A stretch of DNA of 64,000 bases from Haliotis rufescens (Eukaryota): NCBI RefSeq assembly GCF_023055435.1, contig NW_025964112.1, positions 56,916,001 to 56,980,000 on the forward strand. The letters are read 5' to 3'. How positions within the stretch are numbered: the stretch's first letter is position 1; each line of letters begins with the position of its first letter. The position numbers and the translations under genes are program-made. Below, in pieces: positions 12,101 to 22,996 of this stretch. The notes under the pieces were generated by a model. That model saw nothing but the letters and a program-made list of their open reading frames with translations. It searched no databases and had not been told where the DNA came from.

Positions 12101-15100
12101 CCCTTGTGCCAGTATATTATGACAGGGGACGAATCTTGATACTCTTTATGTCCATATTTACAACTAGATAACGTTCGGCATGCAGCAAAAGAACCTTGAT
12201 TTAGAGTTCAACAAGATTCTGGTTTCATGCGAAATTGTGGGACACATGGTTGCAGCAAGTTCAACTTTATATATGATACTATCTACATGCAGCAATGGGA
12301 ATCTAGAGTATTAGTTCGACAAGGTTCTGGTTTCATGCAAGAGGTGGTAAGAACTGAGACATTATCGTCCATGCATCATTTCACGATGATCGCAAAAGAT
12401 TGTCGTGTGTAACATGCGCACAATGAAATGCAAAGGATGTTACCTCATACCATGGCATCACAATTATGGAATACTTGCTTAATTTATTAATAAAGGCATG
12501 CAGTTCAAGACCTGGGATTTGTGATTATTCATTATCTTTGAAACTGAATATAAATCGTGATTGACAAAGACTGCATGGCTTTACAAGTTGTTCAATATTA
12601 TTTGTACGCACAAAAACAAACACTTTTTAACCATCCATCTTAATGCGTGTTAGGGGCAAATGGAAACTTATGCCGAATTTGCTTTCCTTTTCAAACTGAT
12701 GTACAGTATCTATGGGAGTGGAGATACGTTTCACCAGAACTTGTGTAAACTCCCAAAAAATGCTTAGCAGAATCGGAATCTTTTTTCAGTTTGTTCAAAT
12801 GAATGAAATATCCTAGAAAGTCATTGGGTTCATTTTCATCCCAATTACACATCTATATACCTTAAAATTGTTTGCAAAAAGTGGGAAGTTTAGAGTTGTG
12901 TGTTTCTGAATCACAATATGATAATAAGAACATGACCACATAGGTACATTTGTCATTGAGTATACTTCTGTAATGGATATAGAACTCTAAACTACTTTCA
13001 CAATTATTCAGTTGCACGTTTCATTAACTTTCACAATTTTCATAGCTTCAAAACAATAATTTGTAGCAACACTATCTTCCCTTTTTTTTGTAAATGTTAA
13101 CTACAAACGGTTTATGTTCACAAAATCCTAACACGAAGTAATATAAAAGAGGTCAAGGATATATCATGCATTGATCCTATTTCTGTGAATTAGTGTTACA
13201 CATCATGCAAATTCTATCCCATGCATATCTCAGTAATGTTACCTCCGCGGTTTCTTTCCCGAGCTCCTGCAGAAAGAGTAAGTCATATATTTATTCTTGT
13301 TTTAAACGAATGAGAAGCAAAAGAGAAAAGTACTTACCAAAGAGTGGCAATGCACCATTGTCGAATGTCTTCTTCTCTTGCCAATTGGTCTTGGGTGACA
13401 CAACTCGCTGTGCAGAGTTGCTTCCCTTAGTCCTTCTAGGGTATACTGGTTGTTCGAATCCCGATTTTGAATCTTGGCCTGTTATCCGATCCGCGGTTTC
13501 GTGTTTCCACGCCGTGATGTAACTGACGTACTGCTCAGAATGGCGTAAAAAAATCACGCACACTCGACACACGCACACTACGCCTAGTCTCCATGCAAGA
13601 GGTGAGGTGAGGTGAAATGGGGTTTAACGTCGCGTCCAAGATTATTGCACTTATATAGCGACGTGCATGCACGTGTATGTATGTGTGAGGCTGCTTGTAC
13701 TAGTCCGGACTAATGCCGATTTATAGTGCTAGCTCACTGAGATACCCTGCCGCAGTTTAACATGAATACCCCGCTCAGAGTGAGTGAGTGAGTATGGTTT
13801 TACGCCGCTTTTAGCAATATTCCAGCAATATCACGGCGGGGGACACCAGAAATGGGCTTCACACATTGTACCCATGTCGGGAATCGAACTCGGGTCTTCA
13901 GCGTGACGAACGAACGCTTTAACCACTAGGCTACCCGACCGGTAACGGTAGACACAGTATACTGTCTCCGAGCCGACCAGTCCTTGTTTTAGCCCCTTAA
14001 TGCCGAGCGCCAGACAAGGTAACAACAAGTACCATCTTTTAACGTCTTTTGGTATGACGCGGCCGGGGATCGAACCCCGGACCTTCCGCTCTCCGGGCGG
14101 ACGCTCTACCACTAGACCACGGAGGCGGTCCTCCATGCAAGAGACTTAATTGTGGTGTGATATTGCTGAAAGATTGCTCACAGCGGCGTAAACCGATATT
14201 CAATCTCCAGTAACATAGTTCCATTGTAGGAATAATCCGTTTACATTTAGTTAAAATAAAACTATGTGTTTTTTAACGTTATAAAATGATTGTTTCGTTT
14301 AGTGATAAATGACACCGTTTATTTTCCAACACGAACTGATTAGAAACAAAGGGGCTTTTAGTCGTTAAATGTTCACGAGTTAAATGTTATCTCAAGTTAT
14401 CGCACCAGAAGAACACTGTACAACAACATCTGATACAAAAACAGTTCTTACCTGATTTGGACCCTGTGGATTTCGAACCTGTAAATAGAAAAAAAATTCT
14501 CAATATTGAAAAGGCAACATTTATCGCATACCCTCAAGTATGTCTACATTTCTGAAATGTTGCATTACCTGAGGAATTATATTTATACAAGGGTTGTCAG
14601 TGTGCTTCCACGGCAGTGTCATTAAAGCAGCTTGTATTTCTAATCCTTATTTTTGTAGCTTACAATCACCCTGACAAATAGTAACTATCTGCTGATGTTA
14701 TCTTTGGAATGCTGGTACATATATTTCCAACGGAACCCTTATAAGTATGTCATATACATTATGTTCTCCTTGAAAACTATCATGTATGTAATAAAATCTG
14801 CTTATATGGTGTTTTTTTACAACTACTCAACTTGATCTGTCGTCTATTGATGTACTCAACTTGTGTCTGTCCCTTTGTGAGCATTGCAACTTTACTGAGA
14901 GTTAAATGGTACAGAATAATCATTTTCAAATCAAGCAAAAAGTACTTATCCCCAACATTTCAACATCATGTTTTATTGCTTACGGCAAAAGAAAATTACG
15001 TTGACCCCAAACTTCTTTAATTACGACGTCAATCCATGCATCTTCGTCAGCGGTTAGTCGTTTCAGGTCAGAATTGGTGATATTTGACTCATTGTGTTAT

Positions 15101-16899
15101 GTTTCCTACTGCTATGTCAAACACGTTGGACATTGACTCCGGAAATAATACGGTTTTTTAAAGTTTTTAGATGTTCTCCTTCTGTGGTAACATGGTAATA
15201 CATAAGTTGTTTACTACCAATGATATTCCATATGCTTACATGGAGAGTGTATATGACTCATTTGGTAAACCTAACAAATTAGAATTAACAACGACCATCA
15301 TATATTTCATTCGAACACTAGCATTCATTAAAGGGTTTGGAAAGGATCTATCTGTAAATGTTGTGCTATTGAGGAAATGGTTGACAGTAGAATCTCACTT
15401 AAAGCACTTTATATTTAACGTCGCATCGGTAATACATCAGCAAAATACCGATTGATATCATTTGACGAGTTAAGACATTGAAACAAAATTCATTAAAGGT
15501 AAATATACGATAATAAGAAATAATCCTTGGAGCATTATTCAAAATTAAAACAGAAATATACAATACAGTAATTACGTTTGCAACTCTGCGCAGTTATATT
15601 CAATCGTACAACAACAATTCAAAGATCTACAGGTAAATAAAGAATGTGTTAAAAATTAGTTCTAAAGTACAAATGAGTTAGGTCTTTAATCGGAAAATTG
15701 TTTCAGAAAATAAATGACAAGAACCTACTAAAAAGGTATGGTAATTTAAGCAATCAGACATTGGAAATTTGTACTTTTAGCTATTTCGAGGAAAAATATT
15801 TATTGTAAATATTGACTGAAATAACTCTAATATGTCTATCTGATCAATCTCCATACATTGAAAATATTTCGTGATGGAGCTTGCAATATTCGGTTCCACA
15901 CAAATATATGAGCGAGCGAAAACAGGAAAATGATGTTTAAAATTCTGGAAATGAAGATACATGCTTTTGACTAAATGCGTGGCTAGTTTTAATAAATATA
16001 GAGATAATCAGTGAAAATAATTTATTAGTAAACAAGTGCCTATAAGGATATCATGAGTTTAAACTTGTCCAGACTGTTCCTCTGTGTCATTTTCGCAAAA
16101 TTATTTTGACTAACCCTTTGACACCTGCACACGTATAACAATAATATTTAGATTATATTGGGTACAATGTTCGAAGGCCATTTCTGTTTTCCCCGCTGTG
16201 ATATTGCTGGAATATTGCTAAAAGCGGCGTAAAACCAAACTCCCTCACTCACTCGCTTAGATTGTATAATGTTTAGAATTTATAAACATAATGAAAATAG
16301 AACGCTTTTCTCCAGGTACAAATATTGCTTTGTAGTTAATAAAAGCGACAAAACTATTGTCATGATCAAAAGAAATCTCTGTTAAAGAATATCAAATAGC
16401 GCCTAAATGTGGCATCTAAACTATACTTTTTCTGCATATTAGTATATATGCGTGGTCAAGTGCCCTGCTAGCGAAGTAATAAGAGCCGGTGAGTGAGTGA
16501 TTGAGTTGGGTTTAACACATTATCAATATTAACTCAATATATTAAAACAACAACTACAGCCTTCTGCATTACCCAGATTGTCAGAAGGGCTGTATTCCTG
16601 GTAGCAAACCCGGGCACTCTCCCAATGTCGGTCAACAGATTGGGAGGTACCAAACCTGAGGCACCGAGAACAATGGGGAGTCGGACAACTTGACACTTAA
16701 GATGCGTGCTCTGCATATTTGCCATGTTTTTCCTGAATCTTGTCAATTACATTAGTGTCAAAAGGGACAGAAAATTCAATAATAAAAATGATTTCATTTG
16801 ATATATCAAAAAGGACAAGATCAGGTATGTGGCCTGGATGGGTCTGAGGCTGTATACGGTCCTATTCCCACTAATTTTGTATTTATCATTTTCCACTCT

Positions 16900-16956
<57 letters not shown>

Positions 16957-17842
16957 AAATAGTATTAGTAGTAGTAGTAGCAGTAGTAGTAGAAATAGTA
17001 CTAGTATATAAATTAATCACAATCAAACAATTTGTGGAACAAGTTGGTATAAAGCATATGATCAATTGAAATATTTATTATATACCAAGTTAAGAGCGTA
17101 CAAAATTAACAGTTAAACTATAAGCAGGGCTTGCAGGTAGTGAAAGCTGTCAGTGTCGAGAGTAATTCAAGAGTGTCCTTTCTTATTCAATATCGACAAC
17201 ATGATTATACAACATATATATCAAACGGCATGTATGTGATACACTGGTACAATTTCTATATCAGTTATCAACACTGCATTACCTTTACACTGTTCATTAT
17301 CACATATTCCTTTGTAGCTAATTTGCCCAGCTGAAGATGTATTGATATTCTCCAAAGTTAACATATTAATGGTCCCTACTGCTGTTGTCATTCCATAGCT
17401 TACTGCTGTTGCCCACTAAACTAACTAAAGAGTCCACCGTGAGTGGTTAAGGTCTTTCTAATGGGCATATGTTACAAAGGTGAGACCGACACTTAGTCAA
17501 AGGTAATCAATAGCTAGTTTATACTAGTTCACATAGGTTTCAACAGATAGACAGTACGATCCGCTTGAGCTGCATTTAACAGTCTCAGTCACACCTATTA
17601 AATCACAAGCCAAGACAATGCAAAAAGAAACCTTAAATATCCTTCTCCTTAGTCATGAAATCGTCTTTCACATGTTAGAATGAAAAAAAGTTGTCTACAT
17701 TACCTTACTGACGAAACACTATTTCCTGCCTCCTATTAACTAACTCATAATCCCTTTTAAAGTAAGAAATGAGCTTACTTTGTGCAGACGAAATGGCCAC
17801 CAGGGTGACAACCACCAGAAGGAGAAGTATCCACCACCTCAT
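158..17842 (-). CDS. Multi-exon micro-exon gene for a secreted Arg/Lys/Ser/Gly-rich basic protein (3' end lies beyond window start). Model: join(17842-17779,14478-14452,13266-13243,10921-10880,8380-8036,5949-5941,5747-5718,4904-4884,4248-4222,3447-3430,2819-2793,2299-2273,1779-1753,1229-1212,184-158)
   Basis: Manual splicing gives 733 nt, open throughout: MRWWILLLLVVVTLVAISSAQ-SSKSTGSKS-GARERNRG-AGAQRSKTASGNRK-DNTGQSRGKRKGG...RKRRRKL-VTR-RRSLKSSSVK-DSKQTSS-QFRSFHPDS-SRRSSS-RRRSYVSSS-RRRSYVSSS-RRRSYVSSS-RRRSNS-RRRSYVSSS. Every internal exon is flanked by YAG and GT, is a multiple of 3 and is phase 1-1. No transcript evidence available. Confidence 0.75.
481..505 (-). pseudogene. Decayed micro-exon (RRSYVSST-like) with mutated splice sites
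   Basis: Homologous to the 27-nt exon, but acceptor CAG is CAA and the GTAAG donor is lost. Confidence 0.55.
601..1025. repeat. Dispersed repeat inserted in one cassette copy; related to about 46500-46918
   Basis: Absent from the paralogous cassette at about 3240; shares aaagaaa(c/g)tatacacccat...acaaacaagaaatggttattcg with 46805-46870. Confidence 0.55.
1212..1229 (-). CDS. Micro-exon, 18 nt, (R)RRSNS
   Basis: CATTGCATTACAG|GTCGACGTTCCAACTCCA|GTGAGT; paralogue of 3430-3447. Confidence 0.72.
1753..1779 (-). CDS. Micro-exon, 27 nt, (R)RRSYVSSS (duplicate cassette)
   Basis: Identical exon with intact CAG/GTAAGT. Confidence 0.72.
2273..2299 (-). CDS. Micro-exon, 27 nt, (R)RRSYVSSS (duplicate cassette)
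   Basis: Identical exon with intact CAG/GTAAGT, 520 bp from neighbouring copies. Confidence 0.72.
2793..2819 (-). CDS. Micro-exon, 27 nt, (R)RRSYVSSS
   Basis: TTTTATTACAG|GACGGCGATCATATGTTTCCTCTTCAC|GTAAGT. Confidence 0.75.
3120..3144 (-). pseudogene. Decayed micro-exon (paralogue of 481-505)
   Basis: Plus strand cacacttag-tgctagaaacatatgatcgccgtc-ttgtaaag; both splice sites degenerate. Confidence 0.55.
3430..3447 (-). CDS. Micro-exon, 18 nt, (S)RRSSS
   Basis: CTTAACATTACAG|GTCGACGTTCCTCTTCCA|GTAAGT; phase 1-1. Confidence 0.75.
3771..4122. mobile_element. MITE-like element with terminal inverted repeats
   Basis: Left tacc...gacgtaataaacgcg is inverted relative to right gcgcttattacgtcgaatacggta; TA ends. 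Confidence 0.5.
4222..4248 (-). CDS. Micro-exon, 27 nt, (Q)FRSFHPDS
   Basis: TTTTACTTTCCTCAG|AATTTCGTAGTTTCCATCCTGATTCAA|GTAAAT; phase 1-1. Confidence 0.65.
4884..4904 (-). CDS. Micro-exon, 21 nt, (D)SKQTSS
   Basis: TTTTCTATTTTTACAG|ATTCTAAACAGACCTCTTCAC|GTAAGA; 3' end CCTCTTCAC shared with the 27-nt exon family. Confidence 0.8.
5718..5747 (-). CDS. Micro-exon, 30 nt, (R)RSLKSSSVK
   Basis: TTTTCTTGTAG|GAAGATCGCTGAAATCTTCCAGTGTAAAAG|GTAAGT; phase 1-1. Confidence 0.8.
5941..5949 (-). CDS. Micro-exon, 9 nt, (V)TR
   Basis: CCTTTTTGCAG|TTACACGAA|GTAAGT; phase 1-1. Confidence 0.65.
6890..7835. repeat. Intronic segment paralogous to 12355-12975
   Basis: Collinear diverged blocks (attatcgtccatgc..., ttcaaactgatgt..., tttcaccagaacttgtgta, aataagaacatgaccacatag); this copy carries a SINE fragment at about 7365-7470. 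Confidence 0.85.
8036..8380 (-). CDS. Large Lys/Arg-rich exon (345 nt, protamine-like composition); could instead be terminal, with stop at 8016-8018
   Basis: Acceptor TTCTTTCCGTGTGTTTCAG at 8381-8382, in phase 1 with the K/R-rich ORF 8016-8450; internal 81-bp duplication (8071-8151/8152-8232); weak phase-1 donor AG|GTAGCC at 8035. Confidence 0.8.
   Translation of the reverse strand, partial: TIQVKAEENEKEGERNETANVPRLRENETKQGEGARAVSVEENESRIGVSARRSENGEAGVKGEEAEDVKAARIGVSARRSENGEAGVKGEEAEDVKAARIGVRARRKENVEGN
9540..9720 (-). mobile_element. Old SINE fragment with Nin/Deu-like core
   Basis: ccgggtacccattccctgctgggtgaacagaggc resembles the conserved Nin/Deu SINE domain (recognised from memory). 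Confidence 0.45.
10143..10382 (-). mobile_element. SINE family B (tRNA-Leu-like head, ACTC tail), internally deleted copy
   Basis: A box TGGCCCAGTCG and B box GTTCGAATCC; homologous to copies at 22716, 47783 and 52968. Confidence 0.85.
10880..10921 (-). CDS. Micro-exon, 42 nt, (A)GAQRSKTASGNRK
   Basis: TTATTATTTTCAG|CTGGAGCT...AATCGAAAAG|GTATAT; phase 1-1; composition matches neighbouring exons. Confidence 0.7.
13243..13266 (-). CDS. Micro-exon, 24 nt, (G)ARERNRG
   Basis: CTTACTCTTTCTGCAG|GAGCTCGGGAAAGAAACCGCGGAG|GTAACA; phase 1-1. Confidence 0.75.
13375..13580 (+). mobile_element. Old diverged SINE family B copy
   Basis: tcgctgtgcagagttgc.tccctt, gttcgaatcccg and cacgccgtgat...ggcgtaaa match family B. 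Confidence 0.7.
13602..14130 (-). mobile_element. MetaSINE-like tRNA-derived SINE with a nested family A SINE
   Basis: tRNA head GACCGCCTCCGTGGTCTAGTGGTAGAGCG...GGTTCGATCCC followed by Meta-like GTCATACCAAAAGACGTTAAAAGATGGTAC; TSD ctccatgcaagag at 13589-13601 and 14131-14143. Confidence 0.8.
13779..13941 (-). mobile_element. SINE family A (tRNA-Asp-like head), nested
   Basis: Near-identical to copies at 18966, 50861 and 51234. Confidence 0.9.
14452..14478 (-). CDS. Micro-exon, 27 nt, (S)SKSTGSKS
   Basis: TTTTTTTTCTATTTACAG|GTTCGAAATCCACAGGGTCCAAATCAG|GTAAGA; phase 1-1. Confidence 0.8.
16545..16746 (-). pseudogene. C-terminal remnant of an RLE-type (R4/R2-like) non-LTR retrotransposon ORF
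   Basis: PIVLGASGLVPPNL...VPG...MQKAVV resembles the PIVIGALG...QKAVL terminus of such elements (recognised from memory). Confidence 0.5.
16901..17005. repeat. (AGT)n microsatellite
   Basis: Seen directly. Confidence 0.95.
17779..17842 (-). CDS. Exon 1: start codon and signal peptide (MRWWILLLLVVVTLVAISSAQ)
   Basis: CACC-ATG context, basic n-region, hydrophobic core and S-S-A cleavage-like end; donor A|GTAAGC at 17778 in phase 1; TATA and CCAAT boxes upstream. Confidence 0.85.
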
Positions 17843-17968
17843 GGTGAAGATGTGGCTGTGGGCGACACTGGTTCCTACAACGTCGCTGTCACTGGTCAAC
17901 TGTCGTTCAACGTAAATGAATTCGGGAACGACCGCAGCGTTTGCCGTCAGGCCTTCTTCCAGCTCAGC

Positions 17969-18046
17969 TTTATACTCTCATTCCGTTACCTGATGTTCCA
18001 GGGCATCTTTCATTGGTTGAAACCTGACGGAAAACATTCTGATTGG
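17969..18046 (-). promoter_or_regulatory. Pol II core promoter of the micro-exon gene
   Basis: On the minus strand: TATAAA at 17969-17974 (about 130 bp upstream of the ATG) and CCAAT boxes at 18012-18016 and 18042-18046; a further CCAAT on the plus strand near 18093. Confidence 0.7.
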
Positions 18047-18965
18047 CTGAGACGTGATGTTTTGGCGAAGGGAGGACTTTTATTGCTATTGACCAATAGA
18101 ACGTAAGCCACATGATGATATGTATTGAATAGGCGTCTATGAGAGTCTATCAGACGTGGCAGACTGTATCAATAATCATGAAACGGGCATTGTTGCATAG
18201 GTGTAATGTAGCCACGAACGCCTTGTCAGTCTCCCTCTGCATATAAAGTAATCTTTCAAGTTAATCCTGTTTAACTGTTTCTTCTTGTTATTGTTGCCAT
18301 AATAGTTTATGTATTAGATAATGTTAAATCAATTTTTTATTATTCAAATGTTCATACAGTAACGGTAAACGATATATGCCTTCAGCGAAGTGTTTGGGTA
18401 CATAATTACATGGATAATATCAAATAGTTCCGTTATAGTAGCTACACGTATTCATAACTGGAATCACCCATAAGACAGCGATGTGTGATAGATGCAAGGA
18501 CAGGAAACTGAATTAATAAATATATTATTCAGAATCGCATGAAAAAATCTGAAAGTGAGAAATACTTGAAACTATATTAAAATCGTGCCGTTTATTTTGT
18601 TCTCATTTTCGATAACAAGAGCGTTAAACTCGTTGTTCAACAAACTAGTGTTATTCCCATGTACGTTACGCTATGCGCATTTTTGGTCTGAAACCTTATC
18701 ATAAATAGAATACACACGTTGCACGAATCACTTAAATGAGCGGCGCAGCCAAGTGTGAAATCTCAACGTCAGTCACGAGATGAGATACATGTTATTTGAA
18801 AAGAAAATGACAAGAATTATATTTATTATGTATTATCACTTATTTTTGGAGACCTAATTAGTATTTCATCAATACATGCATAATAAAGTTTAATAATCAC
18901 AGTTCAATGCTACCATGAACTCATCGACATGTTCCCGTTCTTCATCATGATACGATTTTTTAAGA

Positions 18966-19129
18966 GAGAGAGTGAGTATGGTTTTACGCCGCTTTTAGCA
19001 ATATTCCAGCAATATCACGGCGGGGGACACCAGAAATGGGCTTCACACATTGTACCCATGTCGGGAATCGAACCAGGGTCTTCGGCGTGACGAGCGAACG
19101 CTTTAACCACTAGGCTACCCGACCGCCCC
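18966..19129 (-). mobile_element. SINE family A, full length
   Basis: A/B boxes, GTC anticodon-like loop, TSD cgattttttaaga. Confidence 0.9.
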
Positions 19130-19433
19130 CGATTTTTTAAGATGTCAGCCTTCACATAAATATCATGGTAGGTTTGGGTTTCCATGGTTTGGTTGTGTAC
19201 AAGGTAGAGATGAAAACATTCATGTCCCTATGATATTAATGTCTTGAGCAACATGAATTGTTCGTATACCAACTACCGTTGAAGAAGAAAGTATTAATCT
19301 GATGGTAAGGATATTTCAAGGATTCACATCTCTTCAGAATTCGCTTCAAGTCTTTACTCTGAAAGGAATCAAACTATATATTTCAGCGGACCCATAATAC
19401 ATTATTTGTTAAGAATATACATCATAACTAGTG

Positions 19434-19510
19434 GGGGTGGGTGAGTTCGGTTTTACGCCGCTTTTAGCAATATTCCAGCAATATCACGGCGGGGGACACC
19501 AGAAATGGGC
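19434..19510 (-). mobile_element. 5'-truncated SINE family A
   Basis: 3' half only; TSD tcataactagtg. Confidence 0.85.
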
Positions 19511-22500
19511 TCATAACTAGTGAACGATATATTTATTTTTGCTAACCCTAAGGGCAAACTTTTGTTTTCAAGCAACTTCGGGAACAGATTATGGTTTATT
19601 AATACACACCAACATTGGCTCTAAAAAACGTGTGTCTTCAGATAACTGATGAAGGTGCTTTCACGGATACCTGTTAAGTCTCAGAGATGTATTTCTTAAG
19701 AAAATTTTTTATCTCAAAAGTATTTGAAATGGTTAATATATTTGAAGCGCCTGGAGTTCTACCGAATAAAGAAACTCTCTCAGAAATTGATGGAAAATTA
19801 ATTATGCTTCAAACTGTTGAAAAAAAAGAAATTGCCTGTTACAGCATACGTTGTTGAAAGATTGGTTTTTTTAAAAGAAATATATATATCAAGACTTATA
19901 GTTTTAATTAAAAATATAGGATCTAGTGTCTGCTGAATGGGTGAGCATCAATATGTTTTTTTACAGGTTTTTTATTATACCACTGGTGGGGCAGGATACG
20001 CACACCTTTTCGAGAAAATCTTGTATCATTTCTGTTTAATTGCGATTCATAAACACGTGCTGATGAAAAATGTCGGAGTCGTAGAATAGACTCTAGTTTT
20101 AGCACCTATTTCTAATGGACATGGAAATGGTTTTCTTGCTTTTATTGATAACACGGTAGGTGAGTTTATAGTTTGATGAAAGGTGATGCCGATCTTAGAC
20201 GTTCACAAACCAATGGTTATGATCAGTGCGATTTTGGGATTCGAACCCACGGTCATAGGATCATGGCATGCCCAAGGGACTCAACTCTGCACACCCCATT
20301 TAGACTACTAATACTCCAATTATTGTTACTGTCAAAATTAATTAATCCCGATACTATCTTGTCATTAGTGGAAAAGTAGACGTATATATGATCACATTTC
20401 CCAAAGTTAAATACTTGTATGCATATAAAGCCATTAGACTTATGTGTTCATTTAGGATATATGCGTGTGAATTTGCGTACCGTTCAATTGACGGAATCCT
20501 GTTAATACTTGCAGTATGTATTTTCAAATATATCATGCACGATTCAATCACACCACTAGAACTGTACAACGAAACCAATTATGTAAAAACGTCTATTCTG
20601 TTTAGGTATACAGACACGTAATACTTCTCGTGAGCGGCTGATGGAGTGTAGAGTTTCAACTGATTCAGTTATGATAAAATGGCAGAACCCTTTCCCATAA
20701 TCATAAGAAATCTCTGCTTAAAGGAAAGGCCATTGTACGATTCCAACTAAATCATAAAAATGTGTTTTTGTATCACTATCAAATACCAGGTGTATTCGAT
20801 GTCAGGAGATTTAAACATTTGAAACCTCCAACTGACCCCATCGGTTCCAAATGGAATTTCCGTGCATCAAATACTCAATAAAATCCGCAAATCTGAAAAC
20901 AAATAATATTTATCTCCTGACTCAATTACTCCCGCCAAATCGGTATCATTTGTTACAGAAGCTGATATATGTCAATGCTCATCGTTGGTAACGCAGAGGC
21001 AGTAAAGTGTTATTACAAAAGTTGGTAATGCAGACTAAGCATCTTGATAAGTTTAGAAAGTGGGCTGTCTAAATGTTACAGAAACATGTACCATTTTTTT
21101 ACCTGTTAAAACCCCCGTTAATATTGATCTTTTAGGTTTTGATACTGTCCCTAGGCATAACGTCAGCAACCACTCTTAATGTAGCCAACCAGCTGACGCA
21201 GTGATACATTCATGAAGGTGCTGTAATTACTAACGGAAATAGGCTCTATTATTCTGTATCGATGTTGAGAAAGTTGTATGGGACCAAGGTAGGGACACGC
21301 CACGCCAAGATGTGTGACTTAAGTTGGCATAGATGATGTACATTCATGTCCAAATTACTTTACCGCATGGTTTGTAATTGGCATTGACTGTGCGTGTTTA
21401 TTTCAAAACCTTCATGGTTTTGCAGCCTCAGCAAACTAGTCTGATGTGTTATAAACAAACAAACAAGTTTTGCTGTAGTCTGGATGTTTGGTTGGGAATC
21501 CACAACTCAATTAAAATAAAAGTCTGTCGCCATAAGTAGTTTCAGATCAATGTGTTGTCGTCTCATTTATGAACTCCTGATTTATTTAATCTAATATGGA
21601 AATATATTAGGGATATTTATCTGACGACACAGATCACCATTTGATACATTAGTACTTCTGCCAGTGTCACCTTTAAAACACAGCTCGATTTGTCGTGTAA
21701 GTAATTTTCTATAGCAGCATCAGTGTGTGTCTCTCGGATAAGTTACAACCTATTTAACAGCTCTGGTAGAGATTCGGAATTATCGAAAGCAACTGCGACA
21801 GGAACGCTGGTATTATCACTTTGATGAAAGATTGGATACATGTTGAACTATGTCAAAATCGACATAGGTGCCTACACCAGAAGAAAGAAAAGCAAATGCG
21901 ATCTTTGGTGGCCGTCACGCTTCTTTGCAGCAGGCCAAGTTTGGCAAACAATGATTGGTAATTATTGTTTGTTTCAGAAAGACGTTTTTGCACTTGGTCG
22001 ATCAAAACTTGAACATTTCTGCAGTATGCAATCTTATCGATGTGTTTACGTCTATACACTTTTAAAAGTATCCAAAATATGATTAGCTGTCTTCGCATTA
22101 TATAGAGAATCTAACTCTCGTGTCCTTTAATATCAAATATATCAACACGAGTTGATAAAAGTGGTAAAACTCCGTGGCTTGCTTCCCCTTTGATATATTT
22201 CATATGAAAAGACACGTGGGTGAGATTTTATTTACCATTTAACATAATTCTTCCATCTTTTTTTCAGTTTGGAGACAGTAATAAGAAGTGTTTTAAGTGT
22301 AAAAATTACTGCCAACAGCTTCAGTAGCAGAGCCATTATTGATGTCATTTGATTGTGACGTCATGGTAACCAATGATGTCACAATGGTCTTCAAAGCATT
22401 GTGATGCAATTTCACTGTAGCGATATCTACAATGTAGATATCGCTTGATCTCACACAAGCGATATCTCCTGTGGAACCAAGTTTTGGATGATAAAAAACT

Positions 22501-22715
22501 TCTCTAATGAACTAATGTACTTTTACATCATGTCTTTACCATCATTATTCGTGAAATGTCTTTCTGGTAAGCAAGCAAGGCTCGGGGTGCAACATTAAAT
22601 CATCCAGGACAAATACGTCGTATTTCCGGGTTGCTAGCTGGTTATTCTACAAATAACTCATACTCAAGTTTTATAAGAAAATGTAGGAAAATGTGGGTTT
22701 TCAGATTACAAATGA

Positions 22716-22996
22716 AGTGAGTGAGTGAGTTGGGTTTAACGCCGCTTTTAACAGTATTCCAGTTATATCACGGCATGTCAGGTTAATGTGGGAGGAAAGC
22801 CTGAAGTGATGCAGGTCTCAAACGTTTACCACTTTGGTGAAACCCACGAGCACGGGTATGGTGCTGACAAACCTAGAAACATAATCGGGGCGAACCGGGA
22901 TTCGAACCCACAATTATAGGTTTCTGGAGTGCCCAATGGACGCAACTCTGCACATCGAATCGCAGCGCCTTAGACGACTGGGCCATCCGTGCACCC
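22716..22996 (-). mobile_element. SINE family B, full length
   Basis: Homology to other copies; TSD-like tacaaa(t/c)gaag. Confidence 0.9.

Noticed and set aside
17404-17415. 12-nt symmetric candidate micro-exon (MGNS)
   Set aside because: The acceptor region contains several AGs and a poor pyrimidine tract; could be chance
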